Assembly (NCBI GenBank): GCA_034521975.1
Contig: JAXHLR010000004.1
Coordinates: 248,165 to 272,164, forward strand
Source of the DNA: Acidimicrobiales bacterium
Lineage (GTDB): Bacteria > Actinomycetota > Acidimicrobiia > Acidimicrobiales > SKKL01
Reading direction: 5' to 3'
Length of the DNA stretch: 24,000 nucleotides
Every line of letters starts with the position of its first letter. Position 1 is the stretch's first letter. The position numbers and the translations under genes were made by a program. Below, piece after piece: positions 8,377 through 15,185 of this stretch. The notes below the pieces were generated by a model that worked only from the letters and a program-made list of their open reading frames with translations, was not told where the DNA came from and did not search any database.

Positions 8377-9752
8377 ACCGGCTGGACCGTGGTGACCCAG
8401 GCGTCGTACCCGCCGATGAGGTCGCTCACATCGGCAAAGCCACGGTCGCGCAACAGGCTGGCCGCCACCGACGAGCGGTAGCCGCCGGCGCAGAACACCA
8501 CGGTGGGGGCGACGGGATCGAGCTCGACCAGGCGGTCGGGCAGCTGCCCGACCGGGATCGCCACCGCACCGGGGATGGTGCCGAGGGCGACCTCGCCGGG
8601 GTTGCGGACGTCGACGACCTGGATGTCGACCAGCTCGGCGCGACGATCCTCGAAGCCGACCGGGTTGAGCCGCGACGCGACCTGCACCTGGTCGCGGTGG
8701 TCGAGCAGGGTCCGGTAGGGCTCGGCGACGGTGCCGACGACGGTGTCGAAGCCGATGCGACCGAGGCGGTTCTTCGCCTCGAGCTCGGCGCCGGGATCGA
8801 CGAAGAGCACGATGTCGCGGCCGGTGGGCAGGATCGATCCGGCGAACTCGGCGTAGCGCCCCTCGAGGCCCACGTTGATGGCGCCTCGCAGGTGTCCGCG
8901 TGCGAACTCCTCGGGCTCGCGCCCATCGACCAGCACCGCCCCGGCGGCCAGCGCGTCCTGCACCTGGTCCCAGTCGAGGGACGGAGGCATCTCGGTCTCG
9001 TCCATCAGCTCGCGGGACTGGCGGTTGAGCACGGCGTCGTAGGCGAAGTACCCGGGAGCGGGCGGTTGACCCTCGGTGACCAGCTCGAGGAACGTGGTCT
9101 TGTCCGGGGCCATCAGCGCGTAGTTGGTGCTGCGCTGGTCGCCGATGGTGGACGAGAGCTCGGTGGACAGGTTCTTGCCACAGGCCGAGCCCGCACCATG
9201 AGCGGGGAACACCCGGGTGTCGTCGGGCAGCGTGAGCAGCTTGGTGTGCAGGCTGTCGTAGAGCATCTCGCCCAGCTCGTCGCGCGTGAACCCGAGCGAG
9301 GCGAGCAGGTCGGGCCGTCCGACGTCGCCGACGAAGAGGGCGTCGCCGGTGAGCACCCCGTAGGGGATGCTGTCGGTGGCGTGTTCGAAGATGACGATGC
9401 TGATCGACTCGGGGGTGTGGCCGGGGGTGTGGCGAATCTCGAGCACCACCTCACCCAGCTCGATCCGCTCGCCGTCGGCCAGCTTGCGGCTCTCGAACTC
9501 GGTCTCGGCGACCGACGAGAACCCGATCTCAGCGCCGGTCGCGTCGGCCAGCTCGAGGTGACCGGACAGGAAGTCGGCGTGGAAGTGGGTCTCGAGCACG
9601 AGCTCGATGTCGAGGCCGGCCTCCTCGGCGTCACGGACGTACTCGGAGATGTCGCGCTGCGGGTCGACGACCACGGCCCGACCGGTGGTGGGGTCACCGA
9701 TCAGGTACGACGCGTGGGACAGACAGTCGAGGTAGTACTGGTTGAAGATCAT
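8373..9752 (-). CDS. MBL-fold persulfide dioxygenase-like protein fused to a non-catalytic rhodanese-homology domain and a catalytic rhodanese domain (CstB-like architecture)
   Basis: Metal motif ETHFHADF, then HTPGHTPES and FPAHGAGSACG. The middle RHD has D in place of the active-site Cys (LFVDPGAELE). The C-terminal rhodanese has the CAGGYRS loop (Cys421, codon at 8490-8492). GGAGGG lies 8 nt upstream of ATG 9752. Confidence 0.9.
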   Translation of the reverse strand: MIFNQYYLDCLSHASYLIGDPTTGRAVVVDPQRDISEYVRDAEEAGLDIELVLETHFHADFLSGHLELADATGAEIGFSSVAETEFESRKLADGERIELGEVVLEIRHTPGHTPESISIVIFEHATDSIPYGVLTGDALFVGDVGRPDLLASLGFTRDELGEMLYDSLHTKLLTLPDDTRVFPAHGAGSACGKNLSTELSSTIGDQRSTNYALMAPDKTTFLELVTEGQPPAPGYFAYDAVLNRQSRELMDETEMPPSLDWDQVQDALAAGAVLVDGREPEEFARGHLRGAINVGLEGRYAEFAGSILPTGRDIVLFVDPGAELEAKNRLGRIGFDTVVGTVAEPYRTLLDHRDQVQVASRLNPVGFEDRRAELVDIQVVDVRNPGEVALGTIPGAVAIPVGQLPDRLVELDPVAPTVVFCAGGYRSSVAASLLRDRGFADVSDLIGGYDAWVTTVQPV

Positions 9753-9797
9753 GGTGCGGTCCCTCCTTCGGGATCCGGGATCCAGTGTGCCGTCTGG

Positions 9798-10385
9798 TCA
9801 GGCGGCTTGCTGGGAGAGCTGGCGGACGATGGCGTCGACGTCGCAGGTGGCGCCGCGGTTGTAGGGGAGCTTGGTGAGCACCATCCCCATGGCGCAGGTG
9901 TTGGTGAGGGCGGCGAAGGTGAGCCCGGCGCCGACGAAGCCGGCGACGTAGCGGGCGGCGGGAACGAAGACGCTGGCGATGATCGACAACAAGACGATGC
10001 TGCCGGCGACGAGCCGGACCTGGCGCTCGAGGCTCCAGCGTTCGGACTGGCGGACCACGTCGCACCCGGCGTTCTGCCAGGCACCGATCCCGCCGACCAA
10101 CAGGCGCATGTTGCCCTTGCCGGCCGATGCGAGCTGTTCCATGGCCTTGGTCGCCCGGGCACCGGACTGACACACCAGCACCACCGGGTGGTCGAGGGAG
10201 GCGAGCTCGCCGGCGTGCTCGGGAAGCTGGTCGAGGGGCACGTTGTAGGAGCCCTGGATGTGGGCGGTCTCGTACTCACCGGGCGTGCGGACGTCGATGA
10301 TGCGGACCTCGGGATCGGCCTGGCGGATCCGGCGGAGCTCGTCGGCGTCGACGGTGGCGGCGGTGGCGGGACTGGAGGTGGTCAT
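9798..10385 (-). CDS. Rhodanese domain fused to DUF2892 membrane domain (YgaP-like sulfurtransferase)
   Basis: Active-site loop VCQSGARA, followed by two hydrophobic helices and the NTCAMG motif typical of DUF2892. I chose ATG 10385 because AGGAG lies 9 nt upstream; the track ORF extends to 10460. Confidence 0.85.
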   Translation of the reverse strand: MTTSSPATAATVDADELRRIRQADPEVRIIDVRTPGEYETAHIQGSYNVPLDQLPEHAGELASLDHPVVLVCQSGARATKAMEQLASAGKGNMRLLVGGIGAWQNAGCDVVRQSERWSLERQVRLVAGSIVLLSIIASVFVPAARYVAGFVGAGLTFAALTNTCAMGMVLTKLPYNRGATCDVDAIVRQLSQQAA

Positions 10386-10431
10386 GCGGTGATGCTCCTG
10401 GTGGGCCTGGTTCGGGCTGGGCATGACCGTC

Positions 10432-10460
10432 AATGTACGGACATTCGAAGCAAACGTCAA
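10432..10460 (-). promoter_or_regulatory. Candidate promoter of the rhodanese/PDO/methyltransferase operon
   Basis: On the minus strand: TTGACG (10460-10455), a 17-nt spacer, then TACATT (10437-10432). It is overlapped by 14-mer repeat copy 1. Confidence 0.4.
10434..10447 (+). repeat. 14-bp direct repeat copy 1, TGTACGGACATTCG
   Basis: It is identical 14/14 to 10509-10522. The flanks extend the similarity (GTCAATGTACGG... versus GTCATTTGTACGG...). Confidence 0.8.
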
Positions 10461-10461
10461 C

Positions 10462-10499
10462 TACCCCCAGGGGTATGTGACGGATACCCCATCCCGTAT
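10462..10499. promoter_or_regulatory. Two C/G-tract TAC-N8-GTA boxes (CsoR/CstR-operator-like)
   Basis: The boxes are TACCCCCAGGGGTA (10462-10475, near-perfect dyad) and ATACCCCATCCCGTAT (10484-10499, outer arms only). GGGGTAT/ATACCCC also form a 7-bp inverted repeat with a 7-nt spacer. Confidence 0.45.
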
Positions 10500-10500
10500 C

Positions 10501-10529
10501 TGGTCATTTGTACGGACATTCGCTAGGAT
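10501..10529 (+). promoter_or_regulatory. Candidate promoter of the SulP transporter gene
   Basis: TGGTCA (10501-10506), a 17-nt spacer, then TAGGAT (10524-10529). The spacer is almost entirely 14-mer repeat copy 2. Confidence 0.4.
10509..10522 (+). repeat. 14-bp direct repeat copy 2, TGTACGGACATTCG
   Basis: It is identical 14/14 to 10434-10447, in the same orientation, 75 bp downstream. Confidence 0.8.
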
Positions 10530-10558
10530 CGCTCCAGACCACCTCGTCAGGAGCAGCC

Positions 10559-12244
10559 GTGCGACTCGCGATCCCCACCCTCCCCGAGCGCAGCACCCTC
10601 ACCGCCGACCTCGTCGCCGGCCTCACCGTCGCGGCCATGCTGGTGCCCCAGGCCATGGCCTACGCCCTGCTGGCCGGGTTGCCGCCCGAGGTCGGGCTCT
10701 ACGCCTCGACGGTGCCGCTGATGCTCTACGCCCTGATCGGCACCTCCCGCCAGCTGGCGGTCGGGCCGGTGGCGATCGTCTCGCTGCTGACCGCGTCGGC
10801 GCTGGGCACCGTCGCCCAGGAAGGCACCGCCGGGTACGTGAGCGCCGCGGCGACGCTGGCGCTCTTGGTCGGAGCGGTCCACCTGGTGCTGGGGGTCGGT
10901 CGGCTCGGGTTCCTCGTGCGACTGCTCTCGCACCCGGTGCTGGTCGGCTTCACCACCGCGGCCGCGCTGATCATCGGGGCCAGCCAGGTGAAGCACGTGC
11001 TCGGGGTGTCGATCCCCCGCACCAACCACTTTCACGACACGGTGTGGGAGCTGGTCCAGGCGGTTCCCTCGGCCCACCTGTCGACCTTCACTGTGGGCGT
11101 GGGAGCGATCGCGTTGATGGTGGGCCTCAAACGCTGGGTACGGGCGGTGCCGGCCGCCCTGTCCGCCGTGGCGGTCACCACGGTGGCGTCGGTGCTGTTC
11201 GACCTCCAGGATCGCGGCGTCGCCGTCGTCGGCGAGATCCCCCAGGGGCTCCCGCCGCTCACCCTGCCGAGCGACCTCGGTCTGGTCGGCACCCTGCTGC
11301 CGGCCGCGCTGGTGATCACCATGGTCGGGTTCATGGAGTCGATCGCGGTGGGCAAGGTCTACGCCCGGCGCAACCGCTACGAGCTCGACTCGAACCGGGA
11401 GCTGTTCGGCCTCGGCTTGGCCAACATCGGCGCGGGCCTCGCCGGTGGGTACCCGGTGACCGGCGGGTTCAGCCGCACCGCGGTGAACGCCGAGGCCGGG
11501 GCCAGGACCAAGCTCGCGGGAGTCATCGCCGCCGCCCTCGTCCTCGTGGTGATCGTCGCCTTCACCCCCCTGTTCCGCCAGCTCCCAGCCGCCACCCTCG
11601 GCGCCATCGTCCTGGTGGCGGTGGCCAAGCTCGTCGACATCCGCGAGATGCGCCACGTCCGCGCCGTCAAGACCAGCGACCTCATCACCATGATCGTCGC
11701 CTTCGTGGCCACCCTCGCCCTGGGCATCGAGCTCGGCATCGCCGTCGCCGTGGCGGCGTCGCTGGTAGTGGTCGCCGCCCGGATGATGGCCCCTCACACC
11801 GCTGTCCTGGGCCGGCTTCCGGGCACCACCATCTACCGCAACCTCGAGCGGTTCCCCGACGCCCAGCGGGTTCCCGGCATCGAGGTGATCCGCTTCGACG
11901 TCTCGCTGTCGCACCTCAACGTCGAGTTCATGAAGCGCCGGGTCGCCAGGCTGGTGGACGAGGCCCCACCAGGGCTCGCCGCGGTGGTGATCGACGCCTC
12001 CGGGGTCAACGACATCGACACCTCGGCCGTGGAGGCCCTCGACGAGCTCATCACCGAGTTGGGGTGCAAGGGCGTCGCTGTGCACCTGGCCTCGGCGAAG
12101 GGCCCCGTCCGCGACGTGTTGATGCGCGCCGGCCTCTACCAACGCCTCGGCGAGCGCGTCCATCCCGACGTCGACCACGCCGTCGTGGCACTCACCGGGC
12201 CCGCCGACGAGGCCGAACCCACCGAGCACGCCGAGCAGACCTGA
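10559..12244 (+). CDS. SulP-family inorganic anion transporter with C-terminal STAS domain
   Basis: N-terminal motifs are DLVAGLTVAAMLVPQAMAYALLAGLPPEVGLYAS and GPVAIVSLL. The C-terminus looks like STAS (VIRFDVSLSHLNVEF ... VIDASGVNDIDTSAVEAL). I chose GTG 10559 because AGGAG lies 5 nt upstream; the track ORF starts at 10508. Confidence 0.9.
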   Translation: MRLAIPTLPERSTLTADLVAGLTVAAMLVPQAMAYALLAGLPPEVGLYASTVPLMLYALIGTSRQLAVGPVAIVSLLTASALGTVAQEGTAGYVSAAATLALLVGAVHLVLGVGRLGFLVRLLSHPVLVGFTTAAALIIGASQVKHVLGVSIPRTNHFHDTVWELVQAVPSAHLSTFTVGVGAIALMVGLKRWVRAVPAALSAVAVTTVASVLFDLQDRGVAVVGEIPQGLPPLTLPSDLGLVGTLLPAALVITMVGFMESIAVGKVYARRNRYELDSNRELFGLGLANIGAGLAGGYPVTGGFSRTAVNAEAGARTKLAGVIAAALVLVVIVAFTPLFRQLPAATLGAIVLVAVAKLVDIREMRHVRAVKTSDLITMIVAFVATLALGIELGIAVAVAASLVVVAARMMAPHTAVLGRLPGTTIYRNLERFPDAQRVPGIEVIRFDVSLSHLNVEFMKRRVARLVDEAPPGLAAVVIDASGVNDIDTSAVEALDELITELGCKGVAVHLASAKGPVRDVLMRAGLYQRLGERVHPDVDHAVVALTGPADEAEPTEHAEQT

Positions 12245-12299
12245 CGATTCGGGACATTCGCCCCTTCTCCGATCGTCGCCGTGGCCTCATGGTGAAGGC

Positions 12300-12650
12300 G
12301 TGGAACCCGACCTGACCATCCAACCGACCGTGCTCTCCCCGGCCGAGATCGACCAGCTCCCCGTCGTGCCCCTGGGCGACATCGAAGGCGTCAGCCACCG
12401 CGTGCTGTGGCAGGACGGCACCTCGATGGCCGGGGTGCTCACGGTGGCGGCCGGCCACGAGCTCGGAGCCCACACCCACCGCCAGAACCACCACCACATC
12501 TGGGTGCTTGCCGGCGAGGCCGAGATGCTCGGCCAGGTCGTGGGGCCCGGGTCATACGTGCATGTCCCCGCCGGGGTCGAGCACAACACCGATGCCCGCG
12601 CCACCGAGGGATGCACGATCTACTACCTCTACATCCGACCGGCCACCTGA
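12300..12650 (+). CDS. Small cupin-domain protein
   Basis: The 116-aa ORF has cupin motifs GHELGAHTHRQNHHHIWVLAGE and GPGSYVHVPAGVEHN. It has a GTG start, and no alternative in-frame start exists upstream. Confidence 0.7.
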   Translation: MEPDLTIQPTVLSPAEIDQLPVVPLGDIEGVSHRVLWQDGTSMAGVLTVAAGHELGAHTHRQNHHHIWVLAGEAEMLGQVVGPGSYVHVPAGVEHNTDARATEGCTIYYLYIRPAT

Positions 12651-12750
12651 CCGCGCGCCGCGGCGGCTGAGATCCTTCGACTGTACGCTGTACTGAAAAT
12701 GATCGATACCGCGCCTTGTGCTCGTGCGCTCGTTGACCTACCGTGTCGCC

Positions 12751-13448
12751 ATGCGAAGCGGCGGACGGCGGCGCACCGCACAAGTCAGTGCGTTGCACGG
12801 CATTGCGGTCTTGGTGGCGGCGGGATCCCTGGCGGGTGGATGTTCGTCGGCCCCTGCTGAGCAAGCTCAGCAGCGGGCCGATGGGCCCAGCGAGTCCTCC
12901 ACCAGCACCTCCACCTCGACGACCACCACCACTCCCACGACCACCACGACGACGGTCGATCCCGACGCCCGGGTGTTCGAACCCCTCATCGCCGACCCCG
13001 ACCTCCCCCTCCGCGACCAGGTCGAGCAGGCGTACCTCTTCCACTGGGAGGTGCTGATGGATGCATACGCGAACGGCCGGACAGACCAGCTCTACCTCTG
13101 GTCTACACCGGACGACAGCACTCGCCATCGCGAACCGACGAGATCACAGCGCTCGTGGCCGACAACCTCCGAGTCGGCGGGCATGTCGAGCACAACTACG
13201 AGATCTCGGTGCACAACGAGACCGAAGCGACAGTGATGGACGGGTACCGGAACCACCTGGTGACCATCGACGCCTCATCGGGCGAGCCCACCGATGAGCC
13301 CAGTGGTCAGCAAGTCCTCTATGAGTATCGAGATGCGGAAGGAGGATGGCCAATGGCGGATCTACCTACGTCGTGCGGCATCAGTTGCCGGACTCAGCCC
13401 TTGCAGTTCTGTCGTCGCTGCTGCGTCTCCGCGGCTCCGCGTCACTGA
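12751..13448 (+). pseudogene. Lipoprotein gene apparently disrupted by at least one frameshift (or an assembly indel)
   Basis: The signal peptide plus lipobox (GIAVLVAAGSLAGGCSS) and a Thr/Ser-rich linker are in frame 1. Protein-like sequence then continues in another frame from about 13140 (EITALVADNLRVGGHVEHNYEISVHNETEATVMDGYRNHLVTIDASSGEP...). The original frame decays into Ser/Thr/Arg-rich text and stops at 13236. Confidence 0.45.
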
Positions 13449-13451
13449 CGC

Positions 13452-14186
13452 TTGAAGGGAACGACTCCGAGGTCCATGCCAACGGTCACCTCTGGGGGAT
13501 CGTCGGTGGGGGTGGTGCTGGTCGATGGGCGGTGGGTCTCGGGCAGCGGTGGCGGCAGCGGGTCGTCGGACCGCGACTGCGAGATGACGGTGACGAGGAT
13601 CCCGGTCCTCGAGGAGATCCACATCGCCACCGACGTCATCGAGGGCGGCATCCCCGTGCGCGTCACCTGCAACCCCAACGGCGTCGACGGCGACTTCTGG
13701 GTGCCCGACGCCGACGTGTCCGCACGCGCCGAGGCCCAGCGTTACGCCGAGGAGGTCCTCGCCCCCGGACTGGCGCTCGAGGTCAACCCACCGGCGAACA
13801 TCCTCGTCGGGCTCCCCACCTGGTTCTGGCTCGACGGCTGGGACGGCTCCCCCATCACCACCACGGTCACCGCCCCGTGGGGCGACGCCGTCGACCTCGA
13901 GCTCACCCTCGAGCGGGTGGACTGGACCTTCGGAGACGGCTCCCCCACCGAGTCCGGCGACCTCGGCGCCGCCTATCCGCAGGAATCCAACATCCAGCAC
14001 GTGTACACCCACCGCTCCACCAGCCCCGGTGCACCCGACGGCAGCTACGCGGTCACCGCGGAGCTCCACCTCGGGGTCCGCTACTGGTACGGCGGCGGTG
14101 GGCCCTACACCGTCGATCCCATCTCGGTCACCACCAGCGACGACATCGTCGTCCGCCAGCTGCAGGCAGTGCTCTCGCGCCCCTGA
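13452..14186 (+). CDS. Hypothetical protein with Trp-rich LVGLPTWFWLDGW motif
   Basis: The 244-aa ORF has good coding character from about 13584 onward (VRVTCNPNGVDGDFWVPDADV ... VDWTFGDGSP ... HVYTHRS). The start is unclear (TTG 13452, ATG 13476 or ATG 13584). No convincing signal peptide appears in any option. Confidence 0.65.
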   Translation: MKGTTPRSMPTVTSGGSSVGVVLVDGRWVSGSGGGSGSSDRDCEMTVTRIPVLEEIHIATDVIEGGIPVRVTCNPNGVDGDFWVPDADVSARAEAQRYAEEVLAPGLALEVNPPANILVGLPTWFWLDGWDGSPITTTVTAPWGDAVDLELTLERVDWTFGDGSPTESGDLGAAYPQESNIQHVYTHRSTSPGAPDGSYAVTAELHLGVRYWYGGGGPYTVDPISVTTSDDIVVRQLQAVLSRP

Positions 14187-14309
14187 GCAACAGATCCGGC
14201 AATAGCCACATCTGCAGGCCACAACTGCCGATGAGACACCAGGCAGATACCGTGTAGGTGCCACCGTCGGCCCCGCAAAGGCCGAGCCGCCAGACAGTGA
14301 TGAGGCGCC

Positions 14310-15149
14310 GTGACCGACGACGTGGAAGACCCCGAACCGAGCGAGGACCAGGTGCCCGCCGCGGTCTTCGACGCGACCCGCGCCCTGCTGTGGGTCGACG
14401 CGGCGTCCGATGCCCGCCATGTGGCCGCGGATCTGGTGAACGGCCTCGGCGGCGAGGTCGTGCCCGCCAGTGCGGAGCATCCCCACTCGATTCCAGCCGA
14501 CATCTCCTTTGGCGACGGCGAACCACTGCTGCCCGCCGCTCCCGCGGGTAGCACCGCCCGCACCGCACTCGACCGGTACCTGGCGAGGTTCCTCCTCGAC
14601 GCCCACCGGGCGATCGAGCTGGCGTCACGCACCCAACGCCTCACCGAGGCAGCCACCACCGACCTGTTGACCGGGCTTCCGAACCGGCGCATCCTCACCC
14701 GGGCCCTCGGCCGCCTCGAAGGCGACGACACCGTGATCATGATCGACCTCGACGAGTTCAAGGAGGTCAACGACACGCTGGGGCACGAAGTGGGCGACGA
14801 CGTGCTCCGGGCGTTCGGCGCGGTGCTGATGTCGACGGTACGGGCCCGCGACCTGGTCGGCCGCTTCGGGGGCGAGGAGTTCATGGTGGTGGTTGCACCG
14901 CCAGTGGGAGCCGACGCGTTCCTGCACCGGCTCCGGGCCGAGTGGACCGCATCACGACCACTGACCGTCACCTTCTCGGCCGGCATCGCCCATCACACCG
15001 GCGACGCCCACACCACCATCCGCAGGGCCGACGACGCCCTCTACCAAGCCAAGCGCGAGGGCCGCGACCGCTGGGTGTGGGCGACCCCGCTTCCGGCGGC
15101 GACCGCGTCGACCGGCATCGACGAGGATCCCGACCCGACAGACAGGTGA
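14310..15149 (+). CDS. GGDEF-domain diguanylate cyclase with an uncharacterised N-terminal domain of about 110 aa
   Basis: DLLTGLPNRR, DLDEFKEVNDTLGHEVGD, the active site GGEEF and an intact I-site RARD five residues upstream (RARDLVGRFGGEEF). GTG start. Confidence 0.9.
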   Translation: MTDDVEDPEPSEDQVPAAVFDATRALLWVDAASDARHVAADLVNGLGGEVVPASAEHPHSIPADISFGDGEPLLPAAPAGSTARTALDRYLARFLLDAHRAIELASRTQRLTEAATTDLLTGLPNRRILTRALGRLEGDDTVIMIDLDEFKEVNDTLGHEVGDDVLRAFGAVLMSTVRARDLVGRFGGEEFMVVVAPPVGADAFLHRLRAEWTASRPLTVTFSAGIAHHTGDAHTTIRRADDALYQAKREGRDRWVWATPLPAATASTGIDEDPDPTDR

Positions 15150-15185
15150 GCGGCTAGCGTTCGCCGGCACACCTGGAGGTGGTCG

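Noticed and set aside
9770-9783. A tandem GGGATCC-GGGATCC just upstream of the PDO gene's SD.
   Set aside because: It has only two copies of a 7-mer. The possible 5-bp stem with a 3-nt loop is too weak to call a regulatory hairpin, so it is probably chance.
8697-10526. A 609-aa plus-strand ORF.
   Set aside because: It is antisense to the PDO-rhodanese and rhodanese-DUF2892 genes, both of which have clear catalytic motifs. Its composition is Gly/Val/Asp/Glu-rich and non-protein-like.
10547-12229. A 560-aa minus-strand ORF, plus the 630-aa plus-strand alternative frame at 10423-12315.
   Set aside because: Both overlap the SulP gene, whose frame carries recognisable transporter and STAS motifs. 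The alternatives are Arg/Gly/His/Pro-rich.
12651-12666. A GC hairpin (CCGCG-CGC-CGCGG) after the cupin stop, considered as a terminator.
   Set aside because: The stem is only 5 bp with no following T-tract, so it cannot be distinguished from background GC-rich self-complementarity.
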